Assembly: GCA_030549835.1 (NCBI GenBank)
Contig: JAUQQR010000001.1
Coordinates: 2,753 to 66,752, forward strand
Length of the DNA: 64,000 bases
DNA from: Thermoproteota archaeon
Lineage (GTDB): Archaea; Thermoproteota; Thermoprotei_A; Sulfolobales; Acidilobaceae
Direction: 5' to 3'
The position numbers and the translations under genes are program-made. The notes under the pieces were generated by a model that worked only from the letters and a program-made list of their open reading frames with translations, made no database searches and was not told where the DNA came from. Positions 1 through 9,421 of the stretch are shown piece by piece. Numbering within the stretch: the first letter of the stretch is position 1; each line of letters begins with the position of its first letter.

Positions 1-912
1 CCAGTCTCTGTAGGATCATATATCGTATTAACTATTGCAGCAGTGCTTGCATTATTATTTCTTCTAACTAGGAGGTCAACATTTTATTTTCTATCTGACT
101 CTTCAATAAAGATTGGAATCCCTCTAGCTTTAGCCTCTTTTCTAACTGGTAGTATATGGGCTATGGAATCTTGGGGTGCCCTATGGAGTTGGGATCCGAG
201 ACAGGTTAGTATATTATTCCTGCTAATAGCATATACTCTATACTTTGCTGTTAAGAATAGTGTTAGAGATCCTGATAGGAGACCCTCTATAGCTATGGCT
301 TATGCTTTCGCTGTTTACGCTACAGTACCATTAAGCTTTATTATACCTAGGATTGTTGAAAGCTTACACCCTACACCTGAACAGACTAGAGAGTTTATAG
401 CTGGAGATCCTCAACTCTTTCTATCAAGGCTTTTCATATTAAGCTTAATATCTATAACCATTATACTCTTAGCATATACTTACAAGCATAGAGTTAAAAG
501 TATTGAGTCAAAAATTATAACCTACACTCCACTAATAATTGTACTACTACCTTTAACTATAATATCATTATATGGGCTTACATTATCATTGGGGCTCGTA
601 GAACCTACAGGTAAAGTTCTAGATGCTAGGGTAGAAAATGATAAAATATGGTTAAAAATAGAAAGCAAAGACTCTACTATTGAAGGCTATTATACTGGAA
701 GACCTCCAATAACACCACTTGAAGTTGAGATAAGTGGAGAGAGGAAGATTACCTTAATTGATAATATTGTAGCTTACAGTTATAGTGATGGGTTTTTTAC
801 TAAGTTAAGAGTTGTTAATCACCCTGTTGTCTACATTAATACTATAATCTACGCTATACTCCTCCCATTAGCAGTAATAGCTTCAACTAGAGGTGAGAGA
901 CTTGAAAGTTAA
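1..912 (+). CDS. ccmC: Cytochrome c maturation (System I) heme-handling membrane protein, CcmC-like; 5' end runs off the window
   Basis: The frame of ORF 43..912 stays open back to base 1. It has the Trp-rich WWD motif WGALWSWDPRQV, flanking TM helices and a conserved His (ESLHP). An extra C-terminal TM, a soluble segment of about 85 aa and a final TM are not expected in canonical CcmC. Confidence 0.7.
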   Translation, partial: PVSVGSYIVLTIAAVLALLFLLTRRSTFYFLSDSSIKIGIPLALASFLTGSIWAMESWGALWSWDPRQVSILFLLIAYTLYFAVKNSVRDPDRRPSIAMAYAFAVYATVPLSFIIPRIVESLHPTPEQTREFIAGDPQLFLSRLFILSLISITIILLAYTYKHRVKSIESKIITYTPLIIVLLPLTIISLYGLTLSLGLVEPTGKVLDARVENDKIWLKIESKDSTIEGYYTGRPPITPLEVEISGERKITLIDNIVAYSYSDGFFTKLRVVNHPVVYINTIIYAILLPLAVIASTRGERLES

Positions 913-1309
913 AATAATAGTCTTAGCTATACTACTATTCATAGTTATATTTATTGCAGCATATGTAGCCTCAACTTCTAGAGGCTACCTAGATGTATCA
1001 GAACTCAAAGGATTTAGTGGAGGTTCTGTAAACGTTATAGGGTTAATAGTTGACTATAATATTAGTGGCGATAAGCTAGAAATTATCTTAGAAGGTAGGA
1101 GAGGTGATAGGGTTCTCTTAGAAATTCCTTTAACTTTATTCAATTCAGCTCATAGTAAACCGCCAGGTCCATGGATTATAGGGAAGAGTATTGGTATTAG
1201 AGGATACTACGTGAACTCTAGCAATGATAATTTATTAGGGGTTATTAGGGTAGATGAGATACTAAGCCCCTGCCACGAGTCTTATAAGGCTCCACCGGCT
1301 AGAACCTAG
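893..1309 (+). CDS. ccmE: Heme chaperone CcmE, archaeal CxxxY variant
   Basis: N-terminal membrane anchor followed by an OB-like beta-rich domain. The C-terminal ILSPCHESYKAPP aligns with the bacterial VLAKHDENYMPPE, with Cys in place of the heme-binding His. It overlaps the ccmC stop by 20 nt. Confidence 0.7.
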   Translation: MRDLKVKIIVLAILLFIVIFIAAYVASTSRGYLDVSELKGFSGGSVNVIGLIVDYNISGDKLEIILEGRRGDRVLLEIPLTLFNSAHSKPPGPWIIGKSIGIRGYYVNSSNDNLLGVIRVDEILSPCHESYKAPPART

Positions 1310-1314
1310 TAAAA

Positions 1315-3387
1315 TTACCTCTTCCTTAAACCATATGTGATTGTTAAAATTAATTGTAGGATTACTGCTAGCCCAGCGTTAAACCATAATATCCAAATGT
1401 ATGGTATAGTTTTAACTCTTAATACTAGTTCTTTAGGCGAGCTCCATTCCTCTGTGAGATTATAGAGTTTAAGGAGAGCTAGCGTATACTCTATTGGGTT
1501 TAAGTCTACTATAATTCTAGGATCGCCTACCTCAGATTTAAGCCTTGAAGCTATAAATATGGAAGCTAAAGCTATCTTCTCCTCAAATCTCTTACCTTTA
1601 AATACTTCACTCAAGTAGCCTAACTCTGCGTCTGTTATAGTTACCCGGCTAGTTAGCTGGTATATTTTGGGGTATACAGCTATATAATAGTCTGATAAAC
1701 CACTCCTAACTATAATAGGTCTAGGAACGAGACCTTTAACTCCAGCTAGCTCTCCACCTATATCATACCTTAGCTTAACTTGAGCGGGTACGCCCTCAAC
1801 ATTAACTAGTGTATTAAGCTCTAATACTCTAGGTATCCTAATGTTTATGCAAGCCTCTAATCTAGGTAGACAACTAGATTGAGTTATACCGTCTAGCTTG
1901 AGAGTTTTTAGTGTATAGTATAACTCTCTAGCTTGCGGGTTATTCTGGTGTATAGCGTATGCTTTTAGTATTGTAAAGTTTGATGTAAATGGTATTTTCA
2001 GATTACCTACCTGGCCTTCAACTAATAATTTATCCCCTATCCTTAATATGTTATATACTATTAAGGTTCTATTGTTTACTTCAATGTTTAGATATGGACT
2101 TAAATTGATAACCTCATCAGGCATGCTGCCTATTAATACCCCATTAATCTCCAATACACCTAGAACTATAGACTCCATAATACTCAATCTTAACTTTAAT
2201 GTAGCATTTCTAACTAGTATACTACCTCCTGGATATTTGAATTCAATACTCTCAATATGTAAACCCTCATCTGCTAAATCTAGCACACCAACCTCTAATA
2301 GAGTTCTCTTAGCTTCATCAACGGCCTCTGCATACGTCGTAGAGTATAGTATTGTATACTCTAATAGCTTTTTAGCTGTTTCCATAAGCTTATTATCCCT
2401 AGCAATTATAGTGCTTAAATTCATAGTACTACTCTCGGTCTTGAAACTAATACTCTCAACCATTAAACCATTACTTTCTAAGCCTAACTCTGCTCTTATT
2501 GTAGAGTAGTATCCCTGATTATATGCGAAGGGGGCACTCAGAGCTATACCTATTACTGCTAATACTAGGAATAGATGTACTAATGTTTGGAGAGCTCTCC
2601 TAAAAGACCTCCTAGTAGCCCATAGTATACTTGATAATGCTAAGATTATAGAAGTGTATGCTGAGCCTATGATAAGTGAAGCTATTAAGATATTAATGTA
2701 TAAGCTACTCAATGGAGAGTAAGTATAGTTTTTGAGAATTACTACTATAGCTCCTAAAGTAATGAGTATAAAGTACCCGGAGATTAATGGAATATATAGC
2801 CTCGGGTCTAGTAAGCTGTGAGTATACGCTATTGGCGTTATAGCAAGAGCTAGGATTAATGCTGGAGCTAGAAGTGGAGTATATAATCTAATAGCTGAAT
2901 CAAATGCTGGAGCAGATATAGAGAATAGCCCGGTTAAGCTTCCTAAAAGTGATGGTAGTAATGCTCCTATTAATATGAGGGATGAGTATGTAGTTAAAAT
3001 AATTGATAAAACTAGGCTGAGATCATACAAACCATTAATCTTTACATTAACCTCCTTAAAATACATGTATGAGGCGAAAGCTATGAGAGCTATTGAAGCC
3101 AAACACACGTAAGCTGTTAAAGCTTGAGGTGATGCGAAACCATGGATTGGAGATAAACCGGATCTAACAACCATAAAACCATAGTATACTGATGCCAGAC
3201 TAGAAGCGATGAAAAGACCATAGAGTTTATGGGATAAAGCGAATGAATGCATAGATGCTGTAATAAGGAGCCATGGGATTAGCTGAATTACCTCAACAGG
3301 ATCCCAAGCCCAGTAACCACCCCAGCCTAGAGTCTCATAACTCCATAAACCCCCAAAGATTAAAGCTAGAGAGAGTAGCCCAAGCAA
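1315..3387 (-). CDS. ccmF: Cytochrome c heme lyase CcmF, WWD-domain and C-terminal portion (starts at TTG just after a frame break)
   Basis: GWGGYWAWDPVE WWD motif near the N-terminus of the ORF, many TM helices, and a soluble insert of about 300 aa. The expected N-terminal CcmF part of about 200 aa lies in the adjacent ORF in another frame. Confidence 0.75.
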   Translation of the reverse strand: MLGLLSLALIFGGLWSYETLGWGGYWAWDPVEVIQLIPWLLITASMHSFALSHKLYGLFIASSLASVYYGFMVVRSGLSPIHGFASPQALTAYVCLASIALIAFASYMYFKEVNVKINGLYDLSLVLSIILTTYSSLILIGALLPSLLGSLTGLFSISAPAFDSAIRLYTPLLAPALILALAITPIAYTHSLLDPRLYIPLISGYFILITLGAIVVILKNYTYSPLSSLYINILIASLIIGSAYTSIILALSSILWATRRSFRRALQTLVHLFLVLAVIGIALSAPFAYNQGYYSTIRAELGLESNGLMVESISFKTESSTMNLSTIIARDNKLMETAKKLLEYTILYSTTYAEAVDEAKRTLLEVGVLDLADEGLHIESIEFKYPGGSILVRNATLKLRLSIMESIVLGVLEINGVLIGSMPDEVINLSPYLNIEVNNRTLIVYNILRIGDKLLVEGQVGNLKIPFTSNFTILKAYAIHQNNPQARELYYTLKTLKLDGITQSSCLPRLEACINIRIPRVLELNTLVNVEGVPAQVKLRYDIGGELAGVKGLVPRPIIVRSGLSDYYIAVYPKIYQLTSRVTITDAELGYLSEVFKGKRFEEKIALASIFIASRLKSEVGDPRIIVDLNPIEYTLALLKLYNLTEEWSSPKELVLRVKTIPYIWILWFNAGLAVILQLILTITYGLRKR

Positions 3388-3943
3388 AACCTAACATAAC
3401 CCTAGAGTAGTATACGTTATGAAAGTATAATGCGAAGGATGAGGCGATTAAGGCGTAAGATAAGAAAGTGGCTAGGGGATGAGGGTAAACCCAGGGATTA
3501 AGGAGGAGTGGGTTTAAGCCTAAACCACTATCAATACTAGCATCTAGTGATTCGAAAGCTCCATTAATGAAAGCTAATATTAATCCTGATAAGACAGTTA
3601 AAGTAAATATAGATTTAGTAGCCTTAGATTCAAGATTCCAAAAAGCTAATGCTATAACTGATAATATCGTAGAAAATAAGAGTAAACTACCACCACCATT
3701 ACTCCAACTAGCAGCAACTCTATAGTATATTGGGAGTTCATGGTGAGAATTATAGTAAACAACACTTAACGTATAATCACTAATAACAAACAATAAGATG
3801 AAAATAGTGAATGATACTATAACAAGCAAATGACTAAGAACATATAGTAAGTTACGAGGCCTAAAGAGAGTATAGTAGAAGTTAGCAATTAAAAACAATA
3901 TAGTAAGCAAATAAATGAACCCAAGCCAGTGAATACCAAACAC
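3335..3943 (-). CDS. ccmF: CcmF N-terminal fragment (about 200 aa, multi-TM), in a different frame from the WWD part
   Basis: Hydrophobic multi-TM protein ending 20 codons after an MLG shared with the downstream ORF. Its length matches the segment that precedes the WWD motif in full-length CcmF. Confidence 0.6.
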   Translation of the reverse strand: MFGIHWLGFIYLLTILFLIANFYYTLFRPRNLLYVLSHLLVIVSFTIFILLFVISDYTLSVVYYNSHHELPIYYRVAASWSNGGGSLLLFSTILSVIALAFWNLESKATKSIFTLTVLSGLILAFINGAFESLDASIDSGLGLNPLLLNPWVYPHPLATFLSYALIASSFALYFHNVYYSRVMLGFAWATLSSFNLWGFMEL

Positions 3944-4060
3944 TTATTACACCATAATGCGCTAGCAGACTTAAACTTAAAAACCTAGATTCATACATAG
4001 TGACGACGAGAAGATCCATAGATAATATTGAATTTATAGAATGTGTGGCTAGACATTAAT

Positions 4061-4069
4061 AATTATAAA
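4061..4069 (+). promoter_or_regulatory. TATA-box-like element upstream of tRNA-Thr
   Basis: aattataaa is centred about 32 nt upstream of the mature tRNA 5' end. The same spacing is seen at the other two tRNA genes. Confidence 0.35.
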
Positions 4070-4096
4070 CTTTGACCTATAGTTATCAAAATGAGT

Positions 4097-4171
4097 GCCG
4101 CGGTAGCTCAGCCTGGATAGAGCGCCGCCCTGGTAAGGCGGAGGTCCCGGGTTCGAATCCCGGCCGCGGCT
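4097..4171 (+). tRNA. tRNA-Thr (anticodon GGU)
   Basis: Hand-folded cloverleaf. The acceptor GCCGCGG/CCGCGGC is a perfect 7 bp, the anticodon loop is CTGGTAA, and the T-arm is CCGGG-TTCGAAT-CCCGG. No intron and no encoded CCA. It is a GC-rich island in AT-rich DNA. Confidence 0.93.
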
Positions 4172-4183
4172 TTAATAATCTGG

Positions 4184-6604
4184 CTATCTAGGTTTCCATT
4201 TCGATAGCTGGTAGCTACTTAATGTTACTGTTATAGAGCTTAATGCCATAGCTGCTGCAGCCATTTCTGGTCTTAATGTTATACCTATTGGCGCTAGTAC
4301 TCCTGCTGCTATCGGGACTAGGATTATATTGTATATGAATGCCCAGAATAGGTTGAAGTATATTCTCTTCCTAGTTTTATCCGAGATCTCTAGTATTAGA
4401 GGTATTTTCTTTATATCAGCATCTGTTATTATTATGTCTCCAGCCTCTTTACTTATATCTGCTCCTGTACCCATCGCTACCCCAACATTTGCTCTAGATA
4501 AGCTTGGAGCATCATTTACCCCGTCGCCTACCATCATTACTTTAAATCCTTTTCTCTGTAACTCCTTTACTATTTCAGCTTTAGCTTCTGGGTCTAGCTC
4601 TGCGTAGACATCTGTTATTCCTATCTTCGACGCTATACTCTTAGCTGTCTCCACCTTATCACCTGTTAGCATTACTAACTTTAAGCCTCTCTCTCTGAGC
4701 TCTCCTATTGCTTCTATAACTCCATCTTTTATCTTATCAGCTATTCCTATCAAGCCTATTAGTCTTGATCCTTTAGCAACATAGACTACTGTAACTCCCT
4801 CACTCATAAGCTTTGATGAAATATCAGCGAGAGGCTCTATGTTAACTTCTAATCCTGCCATGAGCTTAGAGTTGCCAACACCTATAGTTTCACCTTCTAG
4901 ACTAGCAATTAAACCCATACCAGGTATGGACTCGAAGCTTTCAGGATCTCGGGGGTACTTACCATACCTAGAGAGATACTCTTCTAGTATAGCCTTAGCT
5001 ATTGGGTGCTCGCTTAGCTTCTCAGCTATTGCAGCATATGCTAGGACATGATCTACTGTATAGTTACTGGAAGGTATTACTGCTACAACTGTAGGTTTAC
5101 CTAGAGTTAGTGTACCTGTCTTATCGAATGCTATGAGGTTAACACTATTAATCCTCTCTAAAACCTCGACATTTCTAACAACTACTCCACTCCTAGCAGC
5201 TATGTTAACTCCAGCTACTACAGCTGTTGGTGTAGCTATGCCTAGCGCGCATGGACATGCTACTAGGAGAACTGAGGCCATAAATACTAGGGATCTCTCT
5301 AAGCTAGCCCCAACTACAAAGTACCATATTATAAATGTTATTATAGCTATAGACATTATTATCCAGGTAAATATTCCAGCTATCCTATCAACTATCCTCT
5401 GAATACTTAACTTCCCAGTCTGAGCTTGTGATACTAGCTTAGCAATCTGAGCTAGAGTAGTCTCACCCCCAACTCTAGTAGCTATCACGTAGAGCCATCC
5501 GCCTGTTACTATTGAGCCAGCATAGACAGGATCTCTCTCACTCTTCTCTCTAGGTATAGGCTCTCCTGTAAACATACTCTCATCTATATAAGCTTTACCT
5601 TTAACAATAATACCATCGACTGGAATCTTCTCACCCTGCCTTACAACTATAATATCACCAACCTTTACCTCACTTATAGGTACCTTAATCTCCCTACCTC
5701 CTCTAACTACGTAGGCTTCTTGAGGTTGAATCTCCATTAGCTTCTTAACAACCTCACCAGTGCCTAGCTTAGCCCTAGCCTCTATGTATCTACCTGTAAT
5801 CACGAATGCTATTATTAATGCTGCAGCTTCATAGTAAACATCTCCATTAAGTAAGCCAAGTGTAACTGCTAGACTATACACGTATATAGAGCCTGTTCCT
5901 AGGGCAACTAGAGTATCCATATTAGCTGTTAAATTCCTAAAAGCTCTATAAGCACCTTGATAGAATCTCCTCCCAGGCATGAATAGTACTATACTAGAGC
6001 CTATGAGTCCTAAGAACTCATAATATGGGCTTGGGAAGCCGTGGAATATATGTATAATCATTGATATGAATAACGTGAAGCCTATAGCCAATGATACTAT
6101 AGACCATCTAAGCAGATAGCTGAGCTCTAGTCTACTAAAATCCTCAAGCATAGCCTCTCTCATTATACTAGCTTTATAGCCTAGACTTGCAAGAATCCCG
6201 ATAATATCCTCTACAGATCTAGACTCTGGGTTTAGGGATATAATTAGAGTTCTAGTAAGGTGAGATGCACTAGCATCAATAACACCAGGTATTCTTTTAA
6301 GCTTAGATTCAATAATACTCTCATCTTCAATAGAAACCATGTTCTCAACAAGAATAGTAACCTCCTTACGGTAAACATCATACCCAGCACTTCTAATAGC
6401 CCTAACAATATCTCTTAAACTAGTAACTCTAGAGTCGTAGGATACTGTAGCCTCATTAGAGGCTAGGCTAACCTGAGCTCTAGAAACACCCCTAACACCC
6501 TTAACAGCTTTCTCAATAGTTAGGACACACGTAGCACAATGCATACCAATAATTTTTAACTTCTCAGTGGTAATACTAGAGTTATCTGAGATCATATACT
6601 CCAC
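4184..6604 (-). CDS. copA: Copper-translocating P1B-type ATPase
   Basis: N-terminal HMA domain with GMHCATCV and a second HMA-like domain. Also has the TM CPC motif (ACPCALGIATP), DKTGTLT, SEHP and GDGVNDAP. Confidence 0.9.
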   Translation of the reverse strand: MEYMISDNSSITTEKLKIIGMHCATCVLTIEKAVKGVRGVSRAQVSLASNEATVSYDSRVTSLRDIVRAIRSAGYDVYRKEVTILVENMVSIEDESIIESKLKRIPGVIDASASHLTRTLIISLNPESRSVEDIIGILASLGYKASIMREAMLEDFSRLELSYLLRWSIVSLAIGFTLFISMIIHIFHGFPSPYYEFLGLIGSSIVLFMPGRRFYQGAYRAFRNLTANMDTLVALGTGSIYVYSLAVTLGLLNGDVYYEAAALIIAFVITGRYIEARAKLGTGEVVKKLMEIQPQEAYVVRGGREIKVPISEVKVGDIIVVRQGEKIPVDGIIVKGKAYIDESMFTGEPIPREKSERDPVYAGSIVTGGWLYVIATRVGGETTLAQIAKLVSQAQTGKLSIQRIVDRIAGIFTWIIMSIAIITFIIWYFVVGASLERSLVFMASVLLVACPCALGIATPTAVVAGVNIAARSGVVVRNVEVLERINSVNLIAFDKTGTLTLGKPTVVAVIPSSNYTVDHVLAYAAIAEKLSEHPIAKAILEEYLSRYGKYPRDPESFESIPGMGLIASLEGETIGVGNSKLMAGLEVNIEPLADISSKLMSEGVTVVYVAKGSRLIGLIGIADKIKDGVIEAIGELRERGLKLVMLTGDKVETAKSIASKIGITDVYAELDPEAKAEIVKELQRKGFKVMMVGDGVNDAPSLSRANVGVAMGTGADISKEAGDIIITDADIKKIPLILEISDKTRKRIYFNLFWAFIYNIILVPIAAGVLAPIGITLRPEMAAAAMALSSITVTLSSYQLSKWKPR

Positions 6605-6702
6605 CTATTAACGATAAAGTTGAAGAATAACTTAATACCTATAGTATATATTATTAGCGATAATATAGATAATCCCTAGCTATTAACTTTCGCTATAATA
6701 AG

Positions 6703-7254
6703 TTAAGGTATGCTAAGCCTCCCGTATATAGATGTTGCTAAGAGTATGAATCCTGTCGCTATTGTTGCTAGAACTGGTGATAGTAGTATACCTGATAATA
6801 GTAGGGTATAGCCTGCTATCATATACATGTTTTCTCTAGATTTAAAAGCTAGTATTCTTAGAGACTCTGCTATCATATAAAAGCCTACTATTAGGGTTAA
6901 ATGTACCCCAACTATTAATATAAGTTGTGGTATATTTGCACTATCTATCATATACGGCACATCCGGTAATAGCGTTATTAAAGCTATACTACTAGTAGTA
7001 AGCCTAGCATAGCTTGCCATATAAGCTAGTATAAATGATACTATAGATAGAACTAATCCATTCTTTAAAAACTCGCCCATTGCTGGACTATCATAGACTA
7101 TTGAGAGCCTATGTATAGCTAGTGAGACTATTAATAGACCTAAAATCCATGAGAGTAAGCTTAACATAGGCATGTCTACTATGAAGAGTAGAGATGAGGC
7201 TATCATGAGGAAACCTCCAGTAAATATCTCTAATTTCTGAACTCTAAAGTACAC
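6703..7254 (-). CDS. Integral membrane protein, unknown function
   Basis: 183 aa with about 6 hydrophobic helices. No motif recognised. Confidence 0.4.
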   Translation of the reverse strand: MYFRVQKLEIFTGGFLMIASSLLFIVDMPMLSLLSWILGLLIVSLAIHRLSIVYDSPAMGEFLKNGLVLSIVSFILAYMASYARLTTSSIALITLLPDVPYMIDSANIPQLILIVGVHLTLIVGFYMIAESLRILAFKSRENMYMIAGYTLLLSGILLSPVLATIATGFILLATSIYGRLSIP

Positions 7255-7361
7255 TTATAGGTTACCCATCTAGAAATTACTACTATTAAACTATTTATAT
7301 TTAACATAGTAAGACTTAAAGCTTGATATGAGGTTGTATCAGCAATTGACTACTAATAGCT

Positions 7362-9059
7362 TTAAGTATTCTTTAGAGCATCATAACTACTTATTTCATT
7401 TAGGAAGCTTACTATTCTCCTATACATATCTATCCTATTCACTTCTTTTCTTATGCTATGACCCTCGTCTTCGTATATTTTAATCTTATATTTTTTACCA
7501 TATACTCTAAGCTTTTCTACTAACTGCTCTACTTCATATACCGGGCATCTTGGATCATTAGCTCCATGTATTAGGAGTATTGGTGCTTTTACCTTATCAA
7601 TGTGGAATATTGGTGATCTATCGTAGAATAGGTTTGGATCCATTTTAATAGCATCATAGGATTTAAGATAATCAGCTTCTCTCTCATACTCAGTATACCA
7701 GTTATAAAATCCTACTATAGCTACTCCACCATCCCAGATCTCTGGCTCTTTAACTAAAGCTAAAGCCGTTAGATATCCCCCATATGATGCTCCTAGAACG
7801 TAAACTCTCCTAGAGCCCATATTCTTAGCTAGCCTCCACGCTTCAATAATATCTCTAAGATCTCCTCCTCCAAGGTCCTTATCGTTTAAGTGTAGAAATC
7901 TCCTCCCATACCCAGTACTACCTCTATAGTTTGGAGCAATAACTATATATCCGTGCAACGCTAATAGCTGGCATAGGGAGCACCAAGTATCATATATGTG
8001 AGCATCTGGACCTCCATGAATATATATCACAGTGTCTCTATTCCACTCAGTAGGCTTGAAGACAACTGCTTCTATAGGTAAACCATCAAAACTATGATAT
8101 GATACTATATGGACTCCTACAAGCCTACCTCTAAGCTCTCTAGGTGTAGTATCGATGACAATCTTCCCATCGACAACTAGCATACTAGGAGTAGTAGACG
8201 AAGACTTAATATATGCTATCATATCTTTATCAACGCTAAGCTCTTCAACATTTAAATCTATATCTTCAATACTCTGACCCTTAAGCCTCCTCAAAATATT
8301 TCTCCCTCTTAAGTACTCTATGAATAGTATACTATCACCTAGATATGTTGGCTGATATTTCTCACTACTACTCCTATAAACCCATCTCCAGGATCTAGTA
8401 TTCAACTCATACTCACCAATATCAAGCCAATTATAGGTATTAGATGTGAATAGGAATCTCCTATTCTCTACATCAACATCCCCAATTAGCGTCTCAGAGT
8501 TATTGAAGTGTAGTAGAAGCTCATCATTAAGGGTATTAATGTCTACAATCCTAACTTCAGTATTATAAAAGCCTTTCACATAGACTATCTCACTATTAGA
8601 TATCCAGTCATAGATAAATATAGGTTCACTCCACCTAGTAACTTCCCTTATCTCTCCCCCATCATAAACGTGTATTTGAGACGGTTTCCCACCTCTATTT
8701 GAGGTAAAGGCTAGTAGATCACTATTAGGGCTAAATCTAGGATTAGTATGATAGTATTTAGGATTCCTCGTTACATCCTCCTCCTTAGCTGAGCTTAAAT
8801 CTCTAACTACAACTTGGAAGTTCTCATCACCTGCTCTATCTTTACAGTAAGCTATGAGATCACCTCTAGGACTAATTGTAGGATATAGGAATGAGTCCAA
8901 ACCACTAGTAACTTTCTCAATAAGATTATCCTTAACCCAGTATATAAAAACATCCCATTTACCATCTCTATTCCAATTAAACAATGAAGCATGTACTCTA
9001 GAGTTCACATCTACATTCATAATAAATCTTATCTTACCAAGAACTTCAATAATATCCAT
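7362..9059 (-). CDS. S9-family serine peptidase (acylaminoacyl-peptidase / prolyl oligopeptidase type) with N-terminal beta-propeller
   Basis: GASYGG nucleophile elbow, HGANDPRCP (Asp) and EDEGHS (His) in a C-terminal alpha/beta hydrolase domain. The N-terminus has TolB-like propeller repeats. Confidence 0.8.
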   Translation of the reverse strand: MDIIEVLGKIRFIMNVDVNSRVHASLFNWNRDGKWDVFIYWVKDNLIEKVTSGLDSFLYPTISPRGDLIAYCKDRAGDENFQVVVRDLSSAKEEDVTRNPKYYHTNPRFSPNSDLLAFTSNRGGKPSQIHVYDGGEIREVTRWSEPIFIYDWISNSEIVYVKGFYNTEVRIVDINTLNDELLLHFNNSETLIGDVDVENRRFLFTSNTYNWLDIGEYELNTRSWRWVYRSSSEKYQPTYLGDSILFIEYLRGRNILRRLKGQSIEDIDLNVEELSVDKDMIAYIKSSSTTPSMLVVDGKIVIDTTPRELRGRLVGVHIVSYHSFDGLPIEAVVFKPTEWNRDTVIYIHGGPDAHIYDTWCSLCQLLALHGYIVIAPNYRGSTGYGRRFLHLNDKDLGGGDLRDIIEAWRLAKNMGSRRVYVLGASYGGYLTALALVKEPEIWDGGVAIVGFYNWYTEYEREADYLKSYDAIKMDPNLFYDRSPIFHIDKVKAPILLIHGANDPRCPVYEVEQLVEKLRVYGKKYKIKIYEDEGHSIRKEVNRIDMYRRIVSFLNEISSYDALKNT

Positions 9060-9421
9060 ATATCTAGACCCAACTATACTATTCTCCTAAGACCTAAAAT
9101 TAATTTCCTAGCCTCCTAGACTAGAATTATAACTTCGCCTAATTTAGATAAGATCTAAGATCTAAATCTAGTTAAACTTACCAAACTCACTATTAATAAG
9201 AAGTATAGTTTAAGTCTAATATCCATGAGTATAATGGTCTTGACTTAAAATAGCTACGCTTCTAATCTCTCCTATTCTAAGAAACTAGATTTTAGCTATA
9301 TTATTAGACACTTATCTTGCTAGCTCTTCTTTTAAGTTATTTAAACTATAATTCTATACTCTTAGTGAGTAATGTATTTGGATGCTACTGAATGATATTA
9401 GATGCCTAGTTTTTAAGCTGT

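Noticed and set aside
2048-2509. Long ORFs antisense to or overlapping clearly identified genes: 2048..2509, 4329..4607, 5133..5402, 9655..9897, 11405..11752, 16511..16768, 16578..17099, 19032..19511, 20891..21475, 22455..22763, 30301..30633, 34792..35271, 35694..36041, 37896..38249, 39009..39275, 39843..40082, 48623..48895, 61996..62367, 63661..63894 and others.
   Set aside because: Their translations are low-complexity and rich in Leu, Ser, Val and Ile, with no motifs. Each lies fully inside a gene with strong family signatures on the other strand or frame. The skewed composition (few stop codons in T/G-rich stretches) explains why they stay open.
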